Of a DNA stretch of 64,000 nt, positions 28,788 through 37,549 are shown in pieces. The stretch comes from a virus. The DNA lies in IMG/VR virus record IMGVR_UViG_3300007987_000009; one strand, given 5' to 3'. The notes below the pieces were generated by a model. It saw only the letters and a list, made by a program, of their open reading frames with translations. It had not been told where the DNA came from and did no database searches. How positions within the stretch are numbered: position 1 is the stretch's first letter; every line of letters starts with the position of its first letter. The position numbers and the translations under genes were made by a program.

Positions 28788-28863
28788 GCCTCGTTAACTC
28801 AATTGGCAGAGTGTCGTCTCGACAAGGCGAAAGTTCGTGGTTCGAGTCCACGACGAGGCACCA
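28788..28863 (+). tRNA. tRNA-Val(GAC)
   Basis: Cloverleaf; loop TCGACAA; CCA. Confidence 0.9.
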
Positions 28864-28893
28864 CTTTACATTTTTACCTGAATATTATAGAAT

Positions 28894-29523
28894 ATGAACC
28901 AGTGGAACACAGAAAGGAAAATTAGTATGAACAACAAAAATATTCAGAAAATTGTAGAACAAAAAATACAAACTCTTGTGGAAGAACGTCGAGACATCCC
29001 CGTACAAAGAGAAGCTCCTGAAAATGTCGAGGAATACAAAGCCATAGGAAAGTTCTCTCCTCCATTGGGAATACGAGATTCCAAGGCACCTCTGGTGGAA
29101 GAATTAACACAACAATTTATTAATGCTGTTGAGCTTGAAGTTGTTACTGAGTTATACTCAAATTTGCAAAAAATTAAACCAAATGGTCCCGATCTTCTTG
29201 AGGAAATTCTTAAAATTTCGGAAGGTCCAACAAACTACACACATGTTTTGTTGAATCCTATTACTCTGTCATTAATACAATCTAACACAGGAAACAATTG
29301 GAAATATACCCAAAATCAAACTACCGGATTTTCTATTCTCGAAGGACCGAATAGGGTCGGAGTTATAACCACGGGCGACGGTAGAGAAATAATTGTATTG
29401 TTAACCATAATGGATAACCCTTTTGTGTTTTTCTCAAAAGGTGATATTGTGATACAAGTTGGAGACGTTGAACTTTCGAAAAAGGGAGTATCGTTTCATT
29501 ACAAGACACATATCAGGAAATAG
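28894..29523 (+). CDS. Hypothetical protein
   Basis: Long ORF. Confidence 0.55.
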   Translation: MNQWNTERKISMNNKNIQKIVEQKIQTLVEERRDIPVQREAPENVEEYKAIGKFSPPLGIRDSKAPLVEELTQQFINAVELEVVTELYSNLQKIKPNGPDLLEEILKISEGPTNYTHVLLNPITLSLIQSNTGNNWKYTQNQTTGFSILEGPNRVGVITTGDGREIIVLLTIMDNPFVFFSKGDIVIQVGDVELSKKGVSFHYKTHIRK

Positions 29524-29610
29524 TTCTGATTTGATATTCTTCGTAGAAAATTAAACTGTTCTTCCTGAAAAAATAAAGATTTTGTTTCTGTAGCGTACAG
29601 ATAAAACAAT

Positions 29611-29689
29611 TGCGGGAATGGAGAAAGAGTAGTCTCGCTTGGCTCATAACCAAGAAAACGGGGGGGCGCAACTCCCCCACCCGCTACCA
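29611..29689 (+). tRNA. tRNA-Met(CAT), initiator-like
   Basis: TGCGGG start with 1:72 mismatch; loop CTCATAA; ACCA. Confidence 0.8.
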
Positions 29690-29694
29690 AACTA

Positions 29695-29770
29695 GGGGCC
29701 GTAGCTCAATTGGGAGAGCACTACAATGGCATTGTAGAGGTCGGCGGTTCGACCCCGCTCGGCTCCACCA
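29695..29770 (+). tRNA. tRNA-Ala(GGC)
   Basis: Cloverleaf; G3:U70; CCA. Confidence 0.92.
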
Positions 29771-29898
29771 AATACTTGACAAAAGCAGTTCATCATGAAA
29801 TAATTGTACTTTAAAAGGAGAACTCATTATGAGTATGAAAACTGTAAGAGAAATAACCACCGAAGAGTGTCCGTGGTTGGACGATAACATTGCAGAAG

Positions 29899-29923
29899 GA
29901 AGGGGTCTTCTTTGCCTTTTTGA
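29899..29923 (-). mobile_element. Isolated left-end scar of the same IS200/IS605-type element
   Basis: Reverse complement reads TTAT|CAAAAAGGCAAAGAAGACCCCTTCC; interrupts an ORF starting at 29829. Confidence 0.6.
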
Positions 29924-29953
29924 TAAATAAATCGAATCAGAACCAAAAATTAC

Positions 29954-30286
29954 ATGAAAATTAATGAAGTATTATCGGAAATGACTGAACAACAGATATA
30001 TGACGCTAAGAACCTCCCAGACGAACTAGAAATCGGGGAGGTTTTTGGAAATAAAGCAACTGTTATGGGAAGCACCGTGTATGCTGACAAATTCAAGGTA
30101 GAAAAAAAGATTTTTGATAAAGCTCTTAACACGTATTTCTATGTGGCTTTTAGCTTGGACCGAACAGTACCCCATTACGACCCGGACGAAGCTTGGGAGT
30201 ATGACTATTTTAAATTCAGCATACAAAATGGAAGAATAAAACCGGCCCCCGGTTTCGGGGGAGTGATAACAAATTACAACTTTTAA
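29954..30286 (+). CDS. Hypothetical late protein
   Basis: MKINEV N-terminus; TAAATA upstream. Confidence 0.55.
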   Translation: MKINEVLSEMTEQQIYDAKNLPDELEIGEVFGNKATVMGSTVYADKFKVEKKIFDKALNTYFYVAFSLDRTVPHYDPDEAWEYDYFKFSIQNGRIKPAPGFGGVITNYNF

Positions 30287-30407
30287 AGCTTGACAACTTT
30301 TATCCAATGTTATAAACTGAGGGTGTGGATGTGGTTATAAAGTAAACCCAGTGGGGCTCGAATCCTCCAACATCCAAATTTTTAATTTATAAACGAAGGA
30401 GTTAAAT

Positions 30408-31022
30408 ATGTACAACCCATTTTCATTCAAAAAGAATGATGCAGTAGAAATATTGGTAATCGCAGATCGATCTGGCTCTATGCAATCCATTGAAAAAGAT
30501 GCAGTCGGAGGGTTCAACGCGTTTTTAAAAGAACAAAAAAGTATAGAGGGGGAGGCAAGACTCTCTTTGGTTCTTTTTGACGATCAATATGAAATGAAAC
30601 TAGATTCTGTTCCCCTTGCAGAGGTCACGGAGATAGAATCTTTGGGGCCAAGAGGAATGACTGCGATGAACGATGCTATTGGTCGTGCTATGAATAGTCT
30701 GTTTGAAAAAGACCCAGAAAAGGCTATTATTTGTATTTTGACCGACGGTCAGGAAAACGCGAGTCGAGAATACAACAATTCGCAGATTAAAGAAATGATT
30801 CAGAAAGCGGAAAAAGAAAAAGGATGGCAGGTTATCTATCTCGCCGCAAACCAAGATGGATTTAGTGAAGGCGCAAGTAGGGGAATATCAAAATCTAACA
30901 TTTTTAACTATAACGCTGATGCTAACGGGATCAACGACGCGTACAAGGACTTGAGTTTTTCTGTTCGCTCTTATAGACAAAATACTTCCAACACTTACAC
31001 GGACAAAAACACCGTGGAATGA
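30408..31022 (+). CDS. von Willebrand factor A (vWA) domain protein
   Basis: DRSGSM MIDAS, GMTAMNDAIG, ILTDGQENAS. Confidence 0.9.
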   Translation: MYNPFSFKKNDAVEILVIADRSGSMQSIEKDAVGGFNAFLKEQKSIEGEARLSLVLFDDQYEMKLDSVPLAEVTEIESLGPRGMTAMNDAIGRAMNSLFEKDPEKAIICILTDGQENASREYNNSQIKEMIQKAEKEKGWQVIYLAANQDGFSEGASRGISKSNIFNYNADANGINDAYKDLSFSVRSYRQNTSNTYTDKNTVE

Positions 31023-31026
31023 AAAC

Positions 31027-31311
31027 ATGAATCTTGAAAATTACGTAAAAGATTTGGAAGGGTTTATCAAGAACCGGTTGGCGTATTTCGTATCAGAATA
31101 TGCCGTCGAAGGAGATTCCGAAGATTTATCGGGTGTTACTTTAAAAGATTTTATGGACAGAGAAATAGACAAAGTGACTATTCAAATAGATAGTGCGTAT
31201 ATTTCACGAGATCACGTGACTGGACAGAGAATTTTTAGGGTTAATGCAAAAATGGGAAATGACACTTTCTGCTCGGAATTGAGAGTAAACGATTATATCT
31301 TCAAAAAGTAA
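31027..31311 (+). CDS. Hypothetical protein
   Basis: ORF. Confidence 0.5.
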   Translation: MNLENYVKDLEGFIKNRLAYFVSEYAVEGDSEDLSGVTLKDFMDREIDKVTIQIDSAYISRDHVTGQRIFRVNAKMGNDTFCSELRVNDYIFKK

Positions 31312-31328
31312 AAAAGTCGAAAAAAGTG

Positions 31329-31357
31329 TTGACAAATGTCCCACATGGTAGTAATAT
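31329..31357 (+). promoter_or_regulatory. Sigma70-type promoter upstream of giant RNA
   Basis: TTGACA-N17-TAATAT. Confidence 0.65.
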
Positions 31358-31399
31358 GTATCACATGATCTGTTTTGAAAGATTCAGATCAAAAGTTTA

Positions 31400-32247
31400 A
31401 AGCATGGATGCTTGCTTTGGGCAACCAGAGTAAAGGGTGAAAGAACTACAATTCATCCGTCCCGCAAGGGTCAAGCCATGCAAGCGCCGGTTAGGAAGTA
31501 CGAGATAAAACTCTAAGGCTTCCCCGTATGATAAGTGCGGTGTGTGCGAAATCGAGAGTAAGAGTCCGAAAGGATAGTCTCAGAGCCATTCGGTGAGAGA
31601 CAAGGCAGTTGGCGCTGCTCACTTTTACATGCCAACTCGATGAGCATTTAATACTAAGGCGTAGGTATAGGGTTCGATTGTTCGCGCAAGAGATGCTCTG
31701 TACCATCTTGATCGGATGAAGTGTAACAACTTCAGTCGTGAAAAGACGTTGAGTAGCTCGCAAGGCGAAAGACAGTGTGGAGTGTTGTATTCTGATGGAC
31801 AAAATCTGTTGGAGCAACTGGGGCAGCACTTCATGGTAGGTAATACGATACGGCCAAATTGGTAAAGGCATCTGTTTCCTAGACAGACGATTGAAGGTTC
31901 AATTCCTTTTATTGTTGAAAAAGCGAAAGTCTGCCTCAGTGTGCTGTTAAAGGCGATTAATACCAGACCGAAAAGAATCTGGTGCAACAATACCCGCAAG
32001 GTTGCGTTGTTTGATCGGACAGAAGACGTAAGAGTTTAGCGACTCCGAATGGCTCGCAAGGTCAGCGGAAGATGGAAGGTCGAGTAGCAGTACATGATGA
32101 GTGAACCGCCACACTCTAAAAAAGGCATCGTTGGAAGATACTAGGAGAGCGTTCGACGCGCCTAGTGGATAACGGGAGAACCCACCGAAAGCAAAGGTAG
32201 GGATAATGCCCAAAGGCTTCCAAGACATTGCCGTAGTCTCAAGCGTG
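31400..32247 (+). ncRNA. Giant structured ncRNA, GOLLD-like
   Basis: ~850 nt with no + strand ORF >=60 aa; raised GC; many GCAA/GAAA tetraloop hairpins; phage tRNA-region context; family assignment from recollection, boundaries approximate. Confidence 0.7.
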
Positions 32248-32297
32248 TCATTTTATTTCTCAGACCATTTACGAGTGGTTTAAGAAATGAAAAAAAT

Positions 32298-32364
32298 GGA
32301 GGCCATTTTGTTCGCATCCTTCTACTATTTTTGGATAATATAATCAGCGACATAGCTTTCCTCC
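32298..32364 (+). ncRNA. Y-RNA-like repeat unit 1
   Basis: GGAGG/CCTCC closing stem; AGGCCAT..GCATCCTTCTACTAT..AGCG..TTTCCT. Confidence 0.6.
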
Positions 32365-32378
32365 TATAAATTTTAAAA

Positions 32379-32463
32379 ATCATTGAAGGCTATATATGTG
32401 CATCCTTCTACTATTAGAATTACATCTAACTCAAAATGTGCGCAGATTCTTTCTTTCAATGAT
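32379..32463 (+). ncRNA. Y-RNA-like repeat unit 2
   Basis: ATCATTGAAGG/CTTTCAATGAT closing stem; AGGCTAT..GCATCCTTCTACTAT. Confidence 0.6.
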
Positions 32464-32475
32464 ATCTATGATTAT

Positions 32476-32618
32476 GACAGGCCATTGATATGTGCATCCT
32501 TCTACATATAGGTAATTTGTGGGTCGCAGGTTCGAGTCCTGCCCTCCCGTCCATTTATCGGGAGGTAGCTCAGTTGGTAGAGCAACAAACAAAAAATAGC
32601 GTTATCTTCTTTCCTGTC
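32476..32618 (+). ncRNA. Y-RNA-like unit 3 with circularly permuted tRNA module (YrlA-like)
   Basis: GACAGG/CCTGTC closing stem; order T-arm (GCAGG-TTCGAGT-CCTGC), loop-closed acceptor (CTCCCG/CGGGAG), D-arm (TAGCTCAGTTGGTAGAGC). Confidence 0.75.
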
Positions 32619-32694
32619 CCCTCTTTACAACATCCCCCCAAGTCTATATACTGTTCCCACAAATAAAGAAGTACATATTCGCGAGGTTAGTAGA

Positions 32695-32997
32695 ATGATA
32701 GATTTAATAAGAGAAGCGAAAAATAGATTGATGCAAACCGACATTTTATTCTCCAACAACACCGAACAACTTAGGAGCAAAGTAGAAAAAGAACTTTCTA
32801 TTACGGTAGAAATGTGCTATGGAGCCCCCTTGTATTCAGTTAAATGCGACAGTGAAAACAATACAGAAGAATCTATTGGAAAAAATAAACTGGTAGTACA
32901 TTTCACTGGAAACACTGTAGAGACCCCAAGTTTTTCACTGACACTTGAACCCGATACGGAAGCAGGTGGTCCAAAGTTTAATCTAGAAAGACTTTGA
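32695..32997 (+). CDS. Hypothetical protein
   Basis: ORF with GAGG RBS. Confidence 0.5.
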   Translation: MIDLIREAKNRLMQTDILFSNNTEQLRSKVEKELSITVEMCYGAPLYSVKCDSENNTEESIGKNKLVVHFTGNTVETPSFSLTLEPDTEAGGPKFNLERL

Positions 32998-33035
32998 AAA
33001 TAAGTTCGCCAAACCCGGTATAGATTCACAACAAT

Positions 33036-33144
33036 GCAGTCGTTCTCGTTCTAGAGTGAGAACATATGGGTAAATGGGCGGGAGAGCATGCATCAAATAT
33101 TCACTCTTAGCCGTTGAATGGAAGTTCGATTCTTTCAGACTGCG
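33036..33144 (+). ncRNA. tRNA-like small RNA
   Basis: GCAGTC/GACTGC terminal stem; GAAG-TTCGATT-CTTT T-arm; strong terminator immediately after. Confidence 0.5.
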
Positions 33145-33151
33145 CTAATTC

Positions 33152-33180
33152 AAAGGGCTGACTTCGGTCAGCCCTTTTTA
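33152..33180 (+). terminator. Intrinsic terminator
   Basis: AAAGGGCTGAC-TTCG-GTCAGCCCTTTTT. Confidence 0.9.
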
Positions 33181-33251
33181 TTTGTCCGTTGACATCACAT
33201 CTAAAAGCAAGTACAATTTATGAATTCTACAATAAGAAGAGAGTTCGAAAC

Positions 33252-33863
33252 ATGAAATCTTATCCAAGTATACCACATAAAATCGACTGGAAACTTAAGT
33301 ATATTGCGTTTGACAAACTAGACGGATCAAATATAAGGGCCGAATGGTCCAAGAAGAGGGGTTTTTACAAGTTTGGTTCTAGGACACAACTGTTGAATGA
33401 ACAACAAACTTCCCTATATCCATCAATAGATATAATTAAGGGCAAATACGAAGATGGTGTTGCTACAATGTTCAAGAACATGGGCTATGATCGAGGTATA
33501 TGTTTCTTTGAATATTTTGGTCCTAATTCTTTTGCCGGATCACATTCTGATCCGGTACAAGATATGGACGCCGTTCTGATTGATGTCAATCCATACAAAA
33601 AGGGAATAATTCCCGCAAATGAGTTCCTAGAGGTTACACGAGGTATGGAAGTACCTGATGTTCTGTATACAGGTGTTCTCGATGAAGAATTTGTGGATTC
33701 GGTCAAGGACAGCACTCTTCCGGGGATGACGTTAGAGGGTGTTGTGATCAAAGCAGTAGATAAGAAACATAATTCCATGGCGAAGATTAAGTCTAGGAAA
33801 TGGCTTGACATGCTCAAAGAATACTGCAATAATGATCCTAAACTATTCAACAGGTTAAAATAA
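33252..33863 (+). CDS. RNA ligase-like nucleotidyltransferase
   Basis: YPSI, DKLDGSN (motif I), EGVVIK, AKIKS. Confidence 0.75.
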   Translation: MKSYPSIPHKIDWKLKYIAFDKLDGSNIRAEWSKKRGFYKFGSRTQLLNEQQTSLYPSIDIIKGKYEDGVATMFKNMGYDRGICFFEYFGPNSFAGSHSDPVQDMDAVLIDVNPYKKGIIPANEFLEVTRGMEVPDVLYTGVLDEEFVDSVKDSTLPGMTLEGVVIKAVDKKHNSMAKIKSRKWLDMLKEYCNNDPKLFNRLK

Positions 33864-34456
33864 TGATAGAACTCGAATTACTGGAACACCCAACATACCC
33901 CGAGAACCGAGTTCGCTTTACTGCTCGGGTAGATATGGTTAAAATGATGGTGTGGCTGGCACACCGTGGAGAAAAATATGAACGGGTCCGGGGGACTACT
34001 AAAGATGGGAAGTCTTTCATATTTGAAGGATTCTTTTTACTTCCTTCCGATATTAAAAATACCGACGCAACTGAGCCGGATTTAGAGGAAATAATTTGTC
34101 AGGGGTGCTTTGATCATTGTGTAGTACAAAAAGAAGAAGAAATGAATGCCGGCCAAAAAATGGAGCAGATGTTCCGAAAAGATTCACAATTACTACGAGG
34201 GATAGAACTCTGTGAAATAGAGTATGATGAAAAGACTGATACATACTCCATGGTTTTGTTGTCTGAAAGTATGAAATACATCATATGCGGCAGAGACAAA
34301 ACGCCAAATTGCAATAACTACATGGGTTGTATTGCAACTGAAAGATACGGGATCGCGGGAAATGATCTAAGTGACGGAGACTTTTCTGCAAACACATGGA
34401 GCCAAATCGTACTTGATATTCAATATTACGAGGCTTTGTCTAAATCGGATTTATAA
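33863..34456 (+). CDS. Hypothetical protein
   Basis: Coupled ORF. Confidence 0.5.
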   Translation: MIELELLEHPTYPENRVRFTARVDMVKMMVWLAHRGEKYERVRGTTKDGKSFIFEGFFLLPSDIKNTDATEPDLEEIICQGCFDHCVVQKEEEMNAGQKMEQMFRKDSQLLRGIELCEIEYDEKTDTYSMVLLSESMKYIICGRDKTPNCNNYMGCIATERYGIAGNDLSDGDFSANTWSQIVLDIQYYEALSKSDL

Positions 34457-34458
34457 TT

Positions 34459-34782
34459 ATGAAAAGAAAGCAATTGGTAAGAATGAAGTTCAGGGACGCA
34501 GTTTTAAAGCGGGACAATTATACGTGTGTGAGTTGTGGTCGAAAAATGGACGAAAAGCTATTGGACGCCCATCACATAACCGACCGAAACGAAATGCCCA
34601 ACGGTGGTTATGTAAAAGAAAACGGCATTACTCTATGTAAAGAAAAGTGTCACTTGGAGGCCGAACAGTTTCATATCAGCGGCGGGAAAAATTGGACAGA
34701 TGGCTTGCATCCCGACGAATTGTATGCTAAGATAGGCTCTTCAAAGGAAGAAGCAATATCTGCTTCAAGGAGATTAAAATGA
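34459..34782 (+). CDS. Small HNH nuclease
   Basis: RDNYTCVSCG..LDAHHI..NGITLC..CH. Confidence 0.8.
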   Translation: MKRKQLVRMKFRDAVLKRDNYTCVSCGRKMDEKLLDAHHITDRNEMPNGGYVKENGITLCKEKCHLEAEQFHISGGKNWTDGLHPDELYAKIGSSKEEAISASRRLK

Positions 34783-35432
34783 ACCATTACAAGTACCCTA
34801 GAACGCCACACCTTCCATGGAGTGAAGGAGTTACCGACGATGATAAAAAGCTTTCTTCTGTTGATCATTTCGAAGGTAAAAGAGTTTACGCCACCGAGAA
34901 ACTCGACGGAGAAAATACGACACTTTATCGAGATTATGTTCATGCTAGGAGTATAGATTCTCCCACAAATTTTACTCGATCTTGGGTGCAAAATTTCCAT
35001 CGTCAAATTGCGCACAATATTCCAGAAGGATGGAGAATTGTGGGTGAGAATGTATGGGCAGAACACTCAATCCGATACGAGAATTTGAAATCATACTTCT
35101 ATCCATTTGCGGTCTATAACGACGAAAATTTCTGTCTTTCTAAGGGCGATATGGAAATTTTCTTGAGAACGGAAGCTTTTAAGGATTTGCCAAATCGTTG
35201 GAAAATACCAACGAGCCCACCGGTGATATACAGAGATGTTTTCGATAGATATGCCATAGAGGCCATTGAAATCGACCGAGAAAAACAGGAGGGGTATGTT
35301 ATTAGAACCGAAGACGGTTTTCATTATGATGATTTCGCACTCCATGTTGCTAAATATGTTCGAGAAGGTCATGTCCAGACTGACATACATTGGCTGAAGA
35401 ACGCCAAGAAAAATGGGGAAATAAAAGGATGA
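34779..35432 (+). CDS. ATP-dependent RNA ligase family protein
   Basis: KYPRTPHLPWS, TEKLDGEN, GENVWAEHSI, EGYVIR, AKYVR. Confidence 0.85.
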   Translation: MNHYKYPRTPHLPWSEGVTDDDKKLSSVDHFEGKRVYATEKLDGENTTLYRDYVHARSIDSPTNFTRSWVQNFHRQIAHNIPEGWRIVGENVWAEHSIRYENLKSYFYPFAVYNDENFCLSKGDMEIFLRTEAFKDLPNRWKIPTSPPVIYRDVFDRYAIEAIEIDREKQEGYVIRTEDGFHYDDFALHVAKYVREGHVQTDIHWLKNAKKNGEIKG

Positions 35433-35528
35433 TGTGTCATATGACACATCATCCAAATTTAGAAAAATAATTTCTAAATATATGAATGATCATAACCAAT
35501 AATACTTCTTCCAGATGGAATTTTTCAG

Positions 35529-36167
35529 ATGAGCGGTGAATGCATCTTTAGTAAAATCTACAAAAACAACGCATGGAAAGGGGAAGAATCTCGAAGCGGT
35601 CCCAGTTCCGGCATGGAAAGAACTAGAGTACTTCGAGAAACTTTGCCAAACATAATAAAAAAATACAAAATATCCACTTTTCTAGACATCCCCTGTGGAG
35701 ATTTTTATTGGATGAAAAGTGTTCCGATTGACGTAGATTATGTCGGTGGGGACATAGTGTCGGAAGTCATAGAAAAAAACAATCTGGATTTTTCCACAAA
35801 TCGAAAAAAATTTATTCACACAAATCTAGTGGAAGATTCTCTACCAAAAGGGGATTTGCTGTTCTGTCGAGATTGTTTATTTCATCTGTCTTATGGGGAC
35901 ATAGCAAAAGTTTTTCAAAACATATTACATTCCGAAGTAAAATATATAATGTTAACTAGTCACATAACAGACCAAAATTTCCAAAATAAAGATATAAAAA
36001 CGGGGCAATGGAGATGGTTCGATTTAACTAAAACGCCCTTTTGTATTCCAGAAAGCTTGTGTTTAGAAAAAGTGATGGATGGTGGCGGTGACCGCTACAT
36101 GTTGATGTGGAGGGTAGACGAGATAACAGAATTTCTAAAAAATAGTATAGAATTACTCAGAGATTAA
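35529..36167 (+). CDS. Class I SAM-dependent methyltransferase
   Basis: SRSGPSS, LDIPCGDF.W, DLLFCRDCLFHL. Confidence 0.85.
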   Translation: MSGECIFSKIYKNNAWKGEESRSGPSSGMERTRVLRETLPNIIKKYKISTFLDIPCGDFYWMKSVPIDVDYVGGDIVSEVIEKNNLDFSTNRKKFIHTNLVEDSLPKGDLLFCRDCLFHLSYGDIAKVFQNILHSEVKYIMLTSHITDQNFQNKDIKTGQWRWFDLTKTPFCIPESLCLEKVMDGGGDRYMLMWRVDEITEFLKNSIELLRD

Positions 36168-36933
36168 AATATTTGATCGAATAGTTGTCTATTTGTCGCA
36201 CAATGTTTTGGTATTTTGGATCTAACAACACCAACAGGTCTTTCCACTCTTGAGACCCCGTGAGTTCTTTCCAACGCTTTATTCGATATTCGTTAATACC
36301 CCAAGATATTTTTTTGCTGTCTATGGTTCTATTTGGACTGCAATGGATTCCATGAACCGGCCTAAACTTCCCTATGTCTAAATCTTTTCTGGGTTCTTTC
36401 CCTGTTTTTTGTGTGACCAAAAGATACAGGGCCATTTCGTCATTGATTTTATCGAGAGTTGCATCTCTTTGCATCGGGAGAGGATAGTATGAGTCCCATT
36501 TTGTAAAGTGCAGTCCAGTCAACTTTGTTGTGTTGGGCCGAACGATATTTGAAAAATCTTGTCCGGTTTCCGACATTAGTTTGAGATGTATATCAGTAAT
36601 GTTTTTGTCAGTAAAAAATATGTCTATATCTGATATGTAAACAAACTTCGCTTTGGTTACAGGTTCGTGTATGAACCTGACAGTATTTGGTATTGCATCG
36701 CCGAAATCTACTTCAGTGAGTTTGAAATTTTCACTAATATTTTGTTGGATGAAATTTAATGATTTTTTATAATCTTTAGTAAATTGGGTTTTATCATTTA
36801 GAAATATTTCAACAAAAGAATCTTCTTGGGTTTTAAAAATGCTGAACAAAAAAGGAACTACAAAATGATAATATGGCTCGTTTGCGCAAGTCAAAAATAG
36901 CGTTCTGGGGTTAGAATCCATGGGGGTCATCAT
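36157..36933 (-). CDS. Putative GT-A fold glycosyltransferase
   Basis: YISDIDI DxD motif; located in glycan cluster. Confidence 0.5.
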   Translation of the reverse strand: MMTPMDSNPRTLFLTCANEPYYHFVVPFLFSIFKTQEDSFVEIFLNDKTQFTKDYKKSLNFIQQNISENFKLTEVDFGDAIPNTVRFIHEPVTKAKFVYISDIDIFFTDKNITDIHLKLMSETGQDFSNIVRPNTTKLTGLHFTKWDSYYPLPMQRDATLDKINDEMALYLLVTQKTGKEPRKDLDIGKFRPVHGIHCSPNRTIDSKKISWGINEYRIKRWKELTGSQEWKDLLVLLDPKYQNIVRQIDNYSIKYFNL

Positions 36934-36985
36934 ATCTACTATTGTATATATATCTTTGTATGCTGAGCACTATCGGATAACAGGT

Positions 36986-37549
36986 ATGAGCGAATGTAAA
37001 GAATGTAATTCAATTTTAGACAAAGTGATGGACGAATTGGGTGATACCCAAATGCAGAGAGAAGAATATGCATACGTAGCAAGTTTTCTTAAAGAATCGA
37101 ATTTTTTGGTTTTCGGAACAGGACATGATTCTAAGTATTGGAAATGCGTCAATAGTAGAGGAAATACCGTTTTCTTAGAAGATGTTGATGAATGGATAGA
37201 GTTCTACGGCGATGGTGTTTTAAAAGTTACATACAATACAGTAATGTCAGAATACGAAAAACTTATGAAATTGTATTTGAAGGGAAATACTTCTAAATTG
37301 GAAATGAGGTTACCTAAAGAAATACGGGATACTAAATGGGATGTAATTTTTGTGGATGGTCCTGTTGGTAACTGTTACGAGACCGCTCCGGGGAGAATGC
37401 AAAGTATTTTCACAGCATACCAACTGGCAAATTCTAAAACTCATGTGTTTGTACACGACTGTGATCGCCCCGTCGAGGATTTGTACACCTCAAAAATATT
37501 CAAAAATAAAGTAAAAGATTTAGTCAAATTGAGGCATCTTAGAAAATGA
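36986..37549 (+). CDS. DUF579-like polysaccharide O-methyltransferase
   Basis: NFLVFGTGHDS, TVFLED, WDVIFVDGP, APGRMQSIFTA, VFVHDCDR.VE. Confidence 0.75.
   Translation: MSECKECNSILDKVMDELGDTQMQREEYAYVASFLKESNFLVFGTGHDSKYWKCVNSRGNTVFLEDVDEWIEFYGDGVLKVTYNTVMSEYEKLMKLYLKGNTSKLEMRLPKEIRDTKWDVIFVDGPVGNCYETAPGRMQSIFTAYQLANSKTHVFVHDCDRPVEDLYTSKIFKNKVKDLVKLRHLRK

Noticed and set aside
31400-32250. rRNA fragment, group I/II intron, or real minus-strand CDSs (31491..31871, 31625..31999, 31947..32228)
   Set aside because: No recognisable rRNA or intron core motifs, no interrupted host gene, and the ORFs overlap in different frames with atypical composition.
32517-32590. Functional permuted tRNA gene or two adjacent broken tRNAs
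   Set aside because: No anticodon loop at the ends, and the module is nested inside a repeat unit's closing stem, which fits a Y-RNA-like mimic better.
32298-32618. CRISPR mini-array
   Set aside because: Only three short degenerate repeats with irregular spacing; each unit folds on itself; no cas genes in the window.
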